IMG/VR virus record: IMGVR_UViG_3300011437_000018
Span: 1 to 34,506 of that record
Source of the DNA: a virus
Lineage: Duplodnaviria > Caudoviricetes
DNA: 34,506 nt
Strand: one strand, 5' to 3'
In this document: positions 7,267 to 16,188 of the stretch, piece after piece
Position numbering within the stretch: position 1 is the stretch's first letter
How the letters are laid out: every line of letters starts with the position of its first letter
Notes under the pieces: generated by a model
Told to the model about the DNA's origin: nothing
Databases searched by the model: none
What the model saw: only the letters and a program-made list of their open reading frames with translations
Made by a program: the position numbers and the translations under genes

Positions 7267-9030
7267 CTACACGGTCATCGTATCGTCCACTATTCCTACA
7301 AGACCGCTCAAATCATCAATGTTCCCAATCATGGAATTCAAATCGTCAATGATGCCCGTCATGGTGGTCATTGCTGAAACTGCCTCAGCAGAAGCGGTAA
7401 CAGAAGCAACCGTGATACGAATAACAACAGGACTGACAGACGATGCAGAATGATGTGTACCACTCGTGGATGTAACGGTAATTTCCACTGGTATAGGAGC
7501 AACGTTTGCCGTGGATCTATGTGTGGCAGTAGTGGAAGCAACTGTGATCGTCGTTAACGCGGGTGATACCGATGCTGCATAGACGTTCTGCGCAGTCACA
7601 GATGCCACGGATACCAAGACGCTCAGGGGGGCAACAGACGCAGTGGATCTATGTGTTCCCGATGTGGTAGCAACAGTCACGCGCACTATCGCCGGACTCA
7701 CAGAAGCAGTAGCAATGTTGTTCGCGGTTACTGACCCAACGGAAACTGTCACAAGAACGGGTGAGACGCTTGCTGTGGATCTGTGAGTGGCAGATGTCGT
7801 TGTGGCACTCACAAGCACTGCCACGGGGCTTACAGAGGCAGTGCTACGGTGCGTAGCGGATACCGCAGCAGGGATTACATCAATTGCCACAGGATCGACA
7901 CCTGCGATGTAGCTACTCCCCTCATTGGCTGTTACAGAAGGAACGGTGATCTTGATAGGTACTGCACCTCTTTTGACGTAGACATAGAAAATGGTGTCCC
8001 TCGTGCTATCAGGGTTGTAATCAGGAAGAGTTGCTGAATAGACGTTATTTCCTCCGTGTGTTGGAGACGTTGAATCGAGATAAATTCTAGGTCTATTGGT
8101 AGCGTCTCCTCCGCTATATTCCACTGCAACCACATACTTTGTCCCCTCTATTAGCTCGTACATGTTCAGCCCAGAGAATGTAAATGTCACGAGAGATGGT
8201 GATGTGGGGAACGTGGAAACATCTATTGGATCAGAGACGGCAATTGCTGAACCTGTTGTGTCACTACTCGTACCGTATGTACCAGTGTGCGTGTACAGTT
8301 TCGCAATGATATTCCCCGTAGGAGAGTTTACTTTCTCCATGCGGAAAACTACCTGATGCAAAATGCCTCCAATCGCATTGAATGACTGACCAAATCCTAC
8401 ATTCGCTCCTGCACGAACACTGAATGCTCCGCTGTCATTTGAGTCAGGGTAGCTATCGGCAAGGATTGCTGTATCGCTTCCAATGGGAATTCCTTTTGCT
8501 TTATGAGTTCCACTCACACTAGCGGCAACCACGTGCACAATCACAGGTGATACCTCCGCAGTAAATGTTCCCTCAAAAGCAGTGGTGGATGTTGGTGTAA
8601 CGAGTACGGAGACAGGTGCTACGGAAGCCGTGGCTACGTTCTTTGCCGTGACACTCGATACGGTCACAGTGATAGAAACCGGAGCTACAGACGCCGTATC
8701 TACCTCTGCATAGGTGGCAGTTGTTGCAGTGGGGATTACTTCAACAATGACGGGGGCAACAACCGCATGATGAATGGATGTTGCTGTTACCGCTGGCACG
8801 GTCACGGTAATGGGCACGGGAGATGCAGATGCTGTATCCACTTCGTTGTATGTCGCCGTGAGAGCAGCAGCAGTAACGAGAATGGAAGCTGCTGCAACCG
8901 CAGCAGCGAATCGAGCAGTAGCAGTTACAGAAGCTGGCGTTACAGTGATAGGAACAGGAGAGACACCTGCTGTTTGCGTACCACCGCTTTTTCTTGCATA
9001 TCGCCTACGATTCTGCGTAACAAGTGTCAT
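7267..9030 (-). CDS. Ala/Val/Thr/Ser-rich repeat fibre protein with inserted globular domain
   Basis: ~16 copies of A(S/G)V(S/A)PVxVxVxxxSVTAT interrupted by a ~170-aa beta-rich domain; C-terminal GIIDDL-like x3. Confidence 0.75.
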   Translation of the reverse strand: MTLVTQNRRRYARKSGGTQTAGVSPVPITVTPASVTATARFAAAVAAASILVTAAALTATYNEVDTASASPVPITVTVPAVTATSIHHAVVAPVIVEVIPTATTATYAEVDTASVAPVSITVTVSSVTAKNVATASVAPVSVLVTPTSTTAFEGTFTAEVSPVIVHVVAASVSGTHKAKGIPIGSDTAILADSYPDSNDSGAFSVRAGANVGFGQSFNAIGGILHQVVFRMEKVNSPTGNIIAKLYTHTGTYGTSSDTTGSAIAVSDPIDVSTFPTSPSLVTFTFSGLNMYELIEGTKYVVAVEYSGGDATNRPRIYLDSTSPTHGGNNVYSATLPDYNPDSTRDTIFYVYVKRGAVPIKITVPSVTANEGSSYIAGVDPVAIDVIPAAVSATHRSTASVSPVAVLVSATTTSATHRSTASVSPVLVTVSVGSVTANNIATASVSPAIVRVTVATTSGTHRSTASVAPLSVLVSVASVTAQNVYAASVSPALTTITVASTTATHRSTANVAPIPVEITVTSTSGTHHSASSVSPVVIRITVASVTASAEAVSAMTTMTGIIDDLNSMIGNIDDLSGLVGIVDDTMTV

Positions 9031-9710
9031 CGCATTCTGTAGAGTAATTTAATCTCTGCATCAGTAAGAGCATGATCATAGAGAAGTACATCAGCAATTT
9101 TCCCATTGAAAAAACTGAATCCATTCAATCGCCCAAAACTAAGGCCAGTCCCATCAGTTGCAGCTAATGTTCCTGTTCCTGTTGCGGTTTTGGTATTTAC
9201 ACCATTCACATACGCAATGAACGTTGCACCGTTCCATGTTAATGCAATGTGATACCACGTTCGCACAACAGGAAGAAAAACGTTATCTATTTTCCCTGCG
9301 TTTGTTCCAGTTGTTTTTATTTCCACGTCCATGTTCCCATCTCCACCTGTCCAAATCCAAAATTGTCTGTTTCCCGTTGCTCCTTTTGATATGACACCTC
9401 CATCAGCAATCAAAGAATACCAGTTGACCCAAAATGCAAGGGTGAAATAACTAGGGCTGAATTCTACCTGATCACCCAATGTCACTACATCATCCGTTCC
9501 CTCACATTGCAATCCATAACCTGAATTGCTTTGATTTGCCGTCCATAATGCTCCACCGGAAATTGTTCCATGATTCTTAAATACACCTTCATCAAGAAAT
9601 GTGAATCCTGATCCCGGTCTTCCTAGCCATGCACCAATAAGACCTTTTTGTAGTCGTTGATCTAATTGTTCTAAGCCGAACACGTATTGTCCTTTGGTGC
9701 GGTAGCGCAT
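9027..9710 (-). CDS. LamG/ConA-like lectin domain protein
   Basis: FTLAFWVN, WYHIALTWNG..YVNG, FNGKIADVLLYDHALTDAEI. Confidence 0.88.
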   Translation of the reverse strand: MRYRTKGQYVFGLEQLDQRLQKGLIGAWLGRPGSGFTFLDEGVFKNHGTISGGALWTANQSNSGYGLQCEGTDDVVTLGDQVEFSPSYFTLAFWVNWYSLIADGGVISKGATGNRQFWIWTGGDGNMDVEIKTTGTNAGKIDNVFLPVVRTWYHIALTWNGATFIAYVNGVNTKTATGTGTLAATDGTGLSFGRLNGFSFFNGKIADVLLYDHALTDAEIKLLYRMR

Positions 9711-9730
9711 AGTCAGCGGGGAAAATGCGG

Positions 9731-10240
9731 CTACGCTGCTACGTTCTCATAGACTCCTGTGACGTAAATAGCATGATTGCCGCCAGTGGAATTAAGGTTA
9801 ACACCTGTATTGTGAACCACAAACACCACAAATTTTTTCGGCAATGTTCCACCAAACAACGCTGCTACTGAAATAGGAGCAAAAAAGTATGTTCTATCGC
9901 TTGTATTGTTCGTAGGCAAGACAGCAGCGAGTTTGAGAGAAGCATCACGAATATCCGCGCTTGTAATTGTTTCATTACTGTCTGTTCCATCAAGAACATC
10001 GGGGTAAGTAGAGTCCTCAATCAAAGCTCCGACATAGACACGTATTTCCTTTGAAGCAGTAGGTGATGTCCCTGTGGTGATCTTCCCACCAAGCAAATAA
10101 TCAATATATTTATCTGTTGTATTATCAACAGCAGTGGACTCACGCCCTGCAAGTAGGTTCGTATCCGTAGCAAGGCTAGCAAGCGTAATAGTCAGTGCTG
10201 CCGACGATGCATACACTAATTTGATGTCACCGGATGCCAT
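9731..10240 (-). CDS. Virion structural protein (jelly-roll-like), unknown function
   Basis: 169 aa, T/A/S-rich beta protein within the fibre cassette. Confidence 0.65.
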   Translation of the reverse strand: MASGDIKLVYASSAALTITLASLATDTNLLAGRESTAVDNTTDKYIDYLLGGKITTGTSPTASKEIRVYVGALIEDSTYPDVLDGTDSNETITSADIRDASLKLAAVLPTNNTSDRTYFFAPISVAALFGGTLPKKFVVFVVHNTGVNLNSTGGNHAIYVTGVYENVAA

Positions 10241-10242
10241 AG

Positions 10243-10542
10243 TTAAGCGGCGAAGAGGTCAACAAAAGTTGCAACGTTTGCAAGGATGGCAGCATCAGTT
10301 GCTGCTTCAATTTGAGCTTTTGTAGTACTCTTATTCGCAGCGAGAACAGCCCAGATCATCTGCTTTGCTTTCTCATCAGGATGCTCATATGCCTCCTTTG
10401 CCCATACCAATCGCAATGCATGATTCGATATTCCTCCACTTTCTGCACGAATAACATCAGCTTGCACAGCAACCGCACTAGTTACTTTACGCAGAAGATT
10501 CGTATTGTTTGCCAGATCATAGAGTTCATCGTATGAAGCCAT
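10243..10542 (-). CDS. Hypothetical helical protein of the fibre cassette (start refined to MASYDE)
   Basis: ATG 4 nt after the stop of the 62-aa gene; 99 aa. Confidence 0.65.
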   Translation of the reverse strand: MASYDELYDLANNTNLLRKVTSAVAVQADVIRAESGGISNHALRLVWAKEAYEHPDEKAKQMIWAVLAANKSTTKAQIEAATDAAILANVATFVDLFAA

Positions 10543-10546
10543 AAAA

Positions 10547-10735
10547 TTACTTAATCTTGGAAGCGGGGAACCATGTAGGAAATCCACCACTCACTGCCAG
10601 AAGCCATTGTTCACCCACTTGGATCACCACGCCTTTCTTCGTGACTGCATCACGCTCTTCAACTTTTGTCACAGTGAGCTTTTCACCATGAATTGTTTCT
10701 ACGTTGTCGCCAACCTTGAATTTCTTGTCTGCCAT
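10547..10735 (-). CDS. Small SH3/KOW-like protein
   Basis: KFKVGDNV...GWFPAS-type pattern; TTCCC leader. Confidence 0.65.
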   Translation of the reverse strand: MADKKFKVGDNVETIHGEKLTVTKVEERDAVTKKGVVIQVGEQWLLAVSGGFPTWFPASKIK

Positions 10736-10758
10736 AAAATTGAATGGGAAGAGAGCTA

Positions 10759-11304
10759 TTAACCCTGAGCGATTTGCAGGATTCCTTCAGCGTTCCAAGG
10801 AATATCAATCTGTGTAGCCGTTGCAGGGATATCCGCAGTGAAGTCTATGAAAGCGATAGGAATATTGTCAGAATCATTCGTTACGAACTTTAAGATCAAT
10901 GCACCTTGAATAGCTCTTGTGGCATTTCCACTAAGTCCAGTGAATGACACATCCGTTGCATCAAACTCCGCACGGTCATTGGCGTCATCCGTGTTTACTG
11001 CTTCAGAAGCAAGAGCCACACGGGCGTACCCCGTTGCATCACATTCATCCAACGTACCGATGTTTGCCACAAAGTTGATTGCATCCTTGTCCGTGTCTGC
11101 CGTGGTATTCGTCATCAGAAGTGCAACACGGATGTCATGGGTATCGAGATCAATTGATCCATCCACAAGCCTTTTAAGAGCATTGTTGAAAACGTTGCTC
11201 GCCATGAACATCTTGAAGAATGTTTGACTGCGCATCATCTGCGCAAACTCCGCAGCAGTGAGAGTACGTGTCTTGAACCGTGGAGTTATGGTGATGCGTT
11301 GCAT
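10759..11304 (-). CDS. Phage tail-fibre-associated structural protein
   Basis: GSIDLDTHDIRVALL...GYARVAL...FDATDVSF...IPWNAEGI, a common fibre-cassette protein type; alternative start at MASNVF. Confidence 0.7.
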   Translation of the reverse strand: MQRITITPRFKTRTLTAAEFAQMMRSQTFFKMFMASNVFNNALKRLVDGSIDLDTHDIRVALLMTNTTADTDKDAINFVANIGTLDECDATGYARVALASEAVNTDDANDRAEFDATDVSFTGLSGNATRAIQGALILKFVTNDSDNIPIAFIDFTADIPATATQIDIPWNAEGILQIAQG

Positions 11305-11329
11305 AGGGACAGAGGGAATTAAAGCAGTC

Positions 11330-12706
11330 TTAGTTGCTTACAACAAGTAAGTCGCATCCAGCAGTCACAGAAGCGTTGTTACCGCTCGTGGAAGCTGCGA
11401 GTTTTACATCTGTCTTTTCTGCGAACACAAAGCCCGTAGAGAAATTGTCACGCCACAGAGGGAGTGCGCTTGAAACTGCAATTTGATGGATTGTCTCAAA
11501 CACGCCACCTAATGCACGTGCCAACAGTGAACCCATGACGATCATGGAAGCTGTGGGAGTGGTGAAATACGTAGAGAGAGCAAAGGCAGTCTTCCCAGCA
11601 GGAACGGTATAGATTGCTCCAAACCATTGTGTTGCAGCAGCAGTGATACGCGCAGAAACCGTAGAATCTGTTGCAGCGGTGGCAGTAATGTTTCCTACTG
11701 CTGCGCCAGTGCTACCCGCAGTAAGGACACGCATACTGTTGATTCGCAAGAAAGCTGTTGTGGTATTCACAGCGTCCGTTCCATTCATCGTTACAATCTC
11801 CGTGACTTCAACGTATGACGCATTCAAACCTTTGATCTCTACAGTGAATGCGCCCGTGAGTGTTGCAGCAAGACCACCTGTGAGTGCAGCACCTTCCACA
11901 GAAATACCCGCTGATTCGCTTGTTACTGTGGTGATCGAGTTTCCACCCGTACCCGTTGCAACAGCAGTGAGTGTGACTGTATCCGTTACTGCTACTGCCT
12001 CTACGAGAGCAGAAAGTGTTGCATTCGCATTAATAGCATCAGCAAGGTTTTCAGCAGTCTCATCCTCATCCGCGCCAATCTCAAAGTCTGTTCCTGCAAC
12101 CAAGTCAACATCAGCGATGGTTACAAAAACAACATCCTCACCTCCCAAAAGCGTTGTATCGGAAAGTGTCAATGCGCTTCCCGTCTTTGCCAAAGTGATT
12201 GCATTTCCATCTGTTCCGGCAGTGACAGCAGTAATCGTGATTGTGGTTCCATCATCGGTAGCATTCACCTCAGCCATGGAGTTAATCAAAATCGTGAGAG
12301 TAGTAATGCTTATGAATTCATCGTTAAGTGCAACTGCTGCTCTCTTGGTGAACGTTCGTCCATTGACCACCAATGTATCTCCGTTTGCAGGTGCGCCATA
12401 CGTCACTGTTCCTGTAGCTGCCACTGCTACGAGTTCTGCAATGTCCTCCACCACAATATCGCCTTCCGCAGCAACAGCATCATCCTCATCCTCTGCACTA
12501 TCGCTATCAATCGCATGAACACGTGCGGCGGTTGGGAAAGCGTATGTTCCTCCACCCTCGTGGATGTCCTCAATGGTCGTATCAATGTCTGCATTGCGCC
12601 CAAGTATGTGAACAACACTTGCTGCGCCATCAGCCCCCTCAGCAGCAACTAGAAAATTATCTCCAAGTCTTTTGTCCTGCATGAGAGCCTTGAGCTGAGA
12701 TGACAT
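11330..12706 (-). CDS. Virion decoration/fibre protein with inserted sheath/flagellin-like beta domains
   Basis: Outer domain (GRNADIDT..EDIHEGGG / FLRINSMRV..AGS) interrupted by ATGTVTY..GDTLVVNG and TAENLADAINAN..TVTLTA..GTGGN units; TAGGAT-N6-ATG. Confidence 0.7.
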   Translation of the reverse strand: MSSQLKALMQDKRLGDNFLVAAEGADGAASVVHILGRNADIDTTIEDIHEGGGTYAFPTAARVHAIDSDSAEDEDDAVAAEGDIVVEDIAELVAVAATGTVTYGAPANGDTLVVNGRTFTKRAAVALNDEFISITTLTILINSMAEVNATDDGTTITITAVTAGTDGNAITLAKTGSALTLSDTTLLGGEDVVFVTIADVDLVAGTDFEIGADEDETAENLADAINANATLSALVEAVAVTDTVTLTAVATGTGGNSITTVTSESAGISVEGAALTGGLAATLTGAFTVEIKGLNASYVEVTEIVTMNGTDAVNTTTAFLRINSMRVLTAGSTGAAVGNITATAATDSTVSARITAAATQWFGAIYTVPAGKTAFALSTYFTTPTASMIVMGSLLARALGGVFETIHQIAVSSALPLWRDNFSTGFVFAEKTDVKLAASTSGNNASVTAGCDLLVVSN

Positions 12707-12748
12707 GGAGCAATCCTACACCGTAAGAAAATCTCTACGCAAGCGCAC

Positions 12749-12901
12749 TCAAAAATCATCTTCCGTAAAATCATCATTTTCCTCGCTTGCATCTTCCGTG
12801 TGCTGACACCTTGGGTAATCGACACAGCCATAGAAAGATCCTGTCTTCCAGCCGTGCAGCACCATTTGCTTTCCGCAAATGCAGATAGGCGCATTGCTCA
12901 T
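12749..12901 (-). CDS. Topoisomerase-type C4 zinc-finger microprotein with acidic tail (50 aa)
   Basis: Not in track; MSNAPICICGKQMVLHGWKTGSFYGCVDYPRCQHTEDASEENDDFTEDDF; ATGA overlap with KTSC stop. Confidence 0.8.
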   Translation of the reverse strand: MSNAPICICGKQMVLHGWKTGSFYGCVDYPRCQHTEDASEENDDFTEDDF

Positions 12902-13224
12902 AGGTCAATTGTACCAATGCGAATTTCTGGCTTCAATGCATCGGGGTTTTTCGATTTGACAGATTCCCCGGTGACTATGTTCTTATCAGCTTTCCGCAAT
13001 TTCTCATGCTCATATTCTTTCATCACATTGGCGATGTAAAACTTACCTTTACTCTCCGCTTCCAAGAAAGCATCAAACTTCTGACGTGGCACATCGAAGT
13101 ACTGAAACTTCGCACCGTTTATAAACTGCACAATGAGAATGCCAATAGATTCATCATCCGTGTATTCATCAAAGCCAATAGCATCAATGTTCGATGATGT
13201 AACTTTGGTTAACTTTACGCTCAT
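12898..13224 (-). CDS. KTSC domain protein
   Basis: VTSSNIDAIGFD...LIVQF.NG..YFDVP...FLEAESKGKFY. Confidence 0.9.
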   Translation of the reverse strand: MSVKLTKVTSSNIDAIGFDEYTDDESIGILIVQFINGAKFQYFDVPRQKFDAFLEAESKGKFYIANVMKEYEHEKLRKADKNIVTGESVKSKNPDALKPEIRIGTIDL

Positions 13225-13496
13225 AGTCTTGGATCGAAAATTCCTTTGCCATTCTCAAAGTCCCGTACTCGTCGCTGAATGGTATTAGCGTCTAAAATTA
13301 ACTTCCACACAAGCGGCCACTGTGGGTGATTTTGAATTCCCTCAATGCTGTAGAGTGGGAGAAATTCTTTGAATACAGACTCAAGATTGATAGGTCGTTG
13401 GCGTGAAAGTGATGGGTTATTTTCCAAGATCATCTTCACGTTATTTTGGATTTGAGTATGTGGGGTATCGCCAAACATGGAAGATTGACTACTCAT
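13221..13496 (-). CDS. Hypothetical protein
   Basis: 91 aa, ATGA-coupled on both sides. Confidence 0.65.
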   Translation of the reverse strand: MSSQSSMFGDTPHTQIQNNVKMILENNPSLSRQRPINLESVFKEFLPLYSIEGIQNHPQWPLVWKLILDANTIQRRVRDFENGKGIFDPRL

Positions 13497-13813
13497 GCTT
13501 TACAGGGATTCCCACTTGGATCAGGGATGAACGTATCAAGAGCTTCGTAAATCTTAGAATCCCAACCTGGATCTATCGTGCAAAGTTTCTTGCGCCATTC
13601 CTGCACAGAAAGCCCACAGAGCTGAGCAGCCTTCTCATACACACAAGCACAGCAGAGCTTCGTCACACGTCCACCTACACCCCATAGCGGGGCAACATGA
13701 AGATGTTCTTCTGGCGTTGGGCATGGATTGAGATTTGAAGGCCATAGCTTCTTTGGCTCTTCGATGACCTGCTTTTTCTTTCCAGCCATTCGATTGATTA
13801 ATGCAGTCATCAT
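13493..13813 (-). CDS. Hypothetical protein with Cys/His cluster
   Basis: CPTPEEH...CCAC; downstream of a promoter-like element. Confidence 0.65.
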   Translation of the reverse strand: MMTALINRMAGKKKQVIEEPKKLWPSNLNPCPTPEEHLHVAPLWGVGGRVTKLCCACVYEKAAQLCGLSVQEWRKKLCTIDPGWDSKIYEALDTFIPDPSGNPCKA

Positions 13814-13821
13814 AGGACACT

Positions 13822-13850
13822 ATGATGCATATACGTTACTTAAGAGTCAA
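13822..13850 (-). promoter_or_regulatory. sigma70-type promoter TTGACT-N17-CATCAT with AAGTAACGTA spacer motif
   Basis: 16/19 identity with 21103-21121. Confidence 0.6.
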
Positions 13851-13859
13851 TGGTAAAAC

Positions 13860-14258
13860 TCATGGATAAATGTACACAGGGATTTGAAGTGCGTGATGAT
13901 CCCTCTGAGCTTTCTGATACTCAACCTTTAATTTCTTCGTGGCCTTTTCGATATTCTCAATCGGGAAGGAAAACCGTTCCTGCAATGTTTGGAACTCGTT
14001 CTCGCCAATCTTCACAGGCAATTCTCTAGCAGCATCCAAAACATAAATATGCTGACCAATCACATAGCTCGCGTCTTTCATCGACAATGCGTATAGATCA
14101 ATTACCTCAGCTTGCTTCTCTGCAAATGTCTGCCAATCGTTCATGCGCTCTTCGCAGACACTGGCATTGTGTAAGCGTATTTGTGCAAATGATTTTGCGA
14201 GAACAAAAATCGAAACCAGTGCAATAACCCATAGCCAAAATGTTGATCGAGAAGTCAT
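13860..14258 (-). CDS. N-terminally membrane-anchored coiled-coil protein
   Basis: FWLWVIALVSIFVLA TM helix; TTCCCC leader. Confidence 0.65.
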   Translation of the reverse strand: MTSRSTFWLWVIALVSIFVLAKSFAQIRLHNASVCEERMNDWQTFAEKQAEVIDLYALSMKDASYVIGQHIYVLDAARELPVKIGENEFQTLQERFSFPIENIEKATKKLKVEYQKAQRDHHALQIPVYIYP

Positions 14259-14536
14259 GTTTTGGGGAATAGAACTTTCTCCAATTCCAAAAGTCTCAAC
14301 ATTTTTTCATCACGTTCTTGCATGAGCATGTAGACGCGGTTTGGTATCTCACGCTTACGAAAGTTTTGATATAGACCTGCAATACGCTGTGGGATTTCAT
14401 TGATCGACTTCGCCAAAGAATTGTACTCAGCCACAAGAGCACGATTTTCCTGTGTTGGTTCTAGCACGACGTTCTGCAAATTTTCATTCTTCAAACGTGC
14501 CATAACTTTCTTGCCAGCAAAGTTAGCAATATTCAT
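14255..14536 (-). CDS. Hypothetical protein
   Basis: 93 aa, ATGA-coupled. Confidence 0.65.
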   Translation of the reverse strand: MNIANFAGKKVMARLKNENLQNVVLEPTQENRALVAEYNSLAKSINEIPQRIAGLYQNFRKREIPNRVYMLMQERDEKMLRLLELEKVLFPKT

Positions 14537-14754
14537 AACTCACCGTCGTTAAAGCCCATACCTGTGTTTACATCGGGTGATTGTGGCTCACGCATTGGAT
14601 CGCCTTTGAAACCTTCACGCTTTGCTTTCTTCAGCGCACGGCAATTTTGACATCGCCTTGGTGGAGTGAGATTTTTGCTTTTGTAGAAACCTCTCTCGCC
14701 ATCTGTGAATGTAAACGGTTCGTTGCAATCGCAACATGTGATTGTCTGATCCAT
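14533..14754 (-). CDS. Zinc-ribbon domain protein (zf-trcl-like)
   Basis: CCDCNEPFTFTDGERGFY...PRRCQNCR. Confidence 0.85.
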   Translation of the reverse strand: MDQTITCCDCNEPFTFTDGERGFYKSKNLTPPRRCQNCRALKKAKREGFKGDPMREPQSPDVNTGMGFNDGEL

Positions 14755-14891
14755 AAAACTTTTGAAAAGAAATAAAAAATAAAACTATTCCCAATCTTGT
14801 ACATTCGCCGGGGACTTGTCTAGCTCTTGGAATTTACGCCTCTGAGGGGCGTACGAGGCATTTGTTAAGTACATGGAATAGTTTGGAAAAA

Positions 14892-15068
14892 TTAAAATCC
14901 TTTTTTACTGAGTAAGGCATCAATGCTAGACCATAAGGCTCTAACGCCTTCTTCACCATGACAAGCAACACAGAATATATGGCATCCATCAAACATATAA
15001 CTGCCTTTACCATCGCACGTTGTACATCCTTTCCTGCCTTTAGATTTTTCAAGAATCTGCTCAATCAT
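14892..15068 (-). CDS. DnaJ-type CxxCxGxG zinc-finger microprotein (58 aa)
   Basis: Not in track; MIEQILEKSKGRKGCTTCDGKGSYMFDGCHIFCVACHGEEG...; overlaps the stop of the upstream gene. Confidence 0.7.
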   Translation of the reverse strand: MIEQILEKSKGRKGCTTCDGKGSYMFDGCHIFCVACHGEEGVRALWSSIDALLSKKGF

Positions 15069-15330
15069 AGAATTCTGTGGAAGAAAGTAATTTTGTTGAT
15101 ATTGAGTCTGGTTTTAACAGTTCAACTCGTTTTTGTTGCTCGATAAATTCAGAAGAAAACCAAGGCTTAGCAATAGGCTTAACCATGTTTATGAAATTTT
15201 TGCTGTACCACGCTCCATGGATCAACACATTTGAATTCTCAGGATTTTGGAGAGCGGAAATGAGCTGTTCGCCAATTTCTTGCTTCACATGAAGCGTGGT
15301 CTTGTCTTTGAAAAAAATTATATAGCGCAT
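15061..15330 (-). CDS. Hypothetical protein
   Basis: 89 aa directly downstream of the replication gene. Confidence 0.65.
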   Translation of the reverse strand: MRYIIFFKDKTTLHVKQEIGEQLISALQNPENSNVLIHGAWYSKNFINMVKPIAKPWFSSEFIEQQKRVELLKPDSISTKLLSSTEFYD

Positions 15331-15341
15331 CGTGTATGGGG

Positions 15342-16085
15342 TTAAGAAATAATAGCTGTTTTACCATAGCCTCTCGTTTTTGATGAAAAATCTTTCACAC
15401 GAGAGAACCACGTCGAGAGTCTACGTTTCACATCAAATGTTTGTTGTAATTGCCATTTTTGCTTTGTACCAATTTTATTCGGCTCTGTCCAATACAATAC
15501 AAAATTTTTCATTTCTTTTCGCACAGCATTTTCGTTCGCGCCTTTTTCCAAAAAAAATAAAATTATCTCTTCCTGTTTTTTTTCGTTTTCAAAAAATGAT
15601 TTAGCTTCTTGGAATGGTGTCGTCAGCGACGGCGATCCGTCGCTCGCCCCACCTTCACTAACACCTTCACTAACAATAACACCTTCACTAACACCTTCAG
15701 TGGTGGGGACTCCACGAGCACTCGATGTGACCACGTTGTGTGAAATAGACTTAACGTAATCATAATCTCCTATAGTATACTTAATATAACGAGAATCTGG
15801 TTTTTGGTACTTTGTGAAATTTAATATAAGACCATATTCTTTACCGTTGTGACTAAATGACTTTATTCTATTATGTTTTATAAGTTCATTTAAGAATTTA
15901 TCCACTTTTACACCCTCATCGAAGGGGAAAATTTGTGATTTTAATAGTCGTTCATGCCACTCAAAAACACCTGCATCATCAGCGCATGTCCATAGCCCAA
16001 TATAGAATAAGCGAGCACCCATCGAGCACTCTGCGAGAGTCGTGTCATTCCAAAAGCCTGGGTGGATCGCTCGTATTTTTGCCAT
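15342..16085 (-). CDS. Replication initiator / replisome organiser
   Basis: MAKIRAIHPGFW.D...ARLFYIGLWT.ADD.G N-terminus; internal DNA repeats; C-terminal FVLYW...RLSTW. Confidence 0.85.
   Translation of the reverse strand: MAKIRAIHPGFWNDTTLAECSMGARLFYIGLWTCADDAGVFEWHERLLKSQIFPFDEGVKVDKFLNELIKHNRIKSFSHNGKEYGLILNFTKYQKPDSRYIKYTIGDYDYVKSISHNVVTSSARGVPTTEGVSEGVIVSEGVSEGGASDGSPSLTTPFQEAKSFFENEKKQEEIILFFLEKGANENAVRKEMKNFVLYWTEPNKIGTKQKWQLQQTFDVKRRLSTWFSRVKDFSSKTRGYGKTAIIS
15625..15699. repeat. Putative origin: CACCTTCACTAA iterons plus hairpin inside the rep gene
   Basis: Copies at 15650, 15662, 15680 and a partial copy at 15692; palindrome AGCGACGG-CGAT-CCGTCGCT 15625-15644; A/T tracts at 15540-15600. 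Confidence 0.7.
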
Positions 16086-16097
16086 ATAAATTACACA

Positions 16098-16188
16098 GCC
16101 CTTTTCGCCAGCGGGTACGTGGAAATTGCGGTATCCGGCAGTACACCGCTGGCGACAAGAGCCGATGATTTATGAACCAGATACCGCA
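16098..16188 (-). ncRNA. Structured pseudoknotted leader upstream of the rep gene
   Basis: Long stem 16141-16162/16098-16118 whose loop (16127-16138) pairs 12 bp with 16177-16188; G-U pairs favour the minus strand. Confidence 0.65.

Noticed and set aside
7267-9710. Diversity-generating retroelement target, or programmed frameshift joining LamG to the repeat fibre
   Set aside because: No reverse transcriptase or TR/VR pair seen; no slippery heptamer at the junction, which is a plain ATGA overlap
11330-12706. Contractile tail sheath (myovirus)
   Set aside because: Only the insertion-type beta domains resemble sheath; no sheath core or baseplate wedge genes are present
14834-15064. Track ORF of 76 aa (MSRFLKNL...)
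   Set aside because: The overlapping frame 14892-15068 has an ATG start and paired CxxCxG motifs and is better supported
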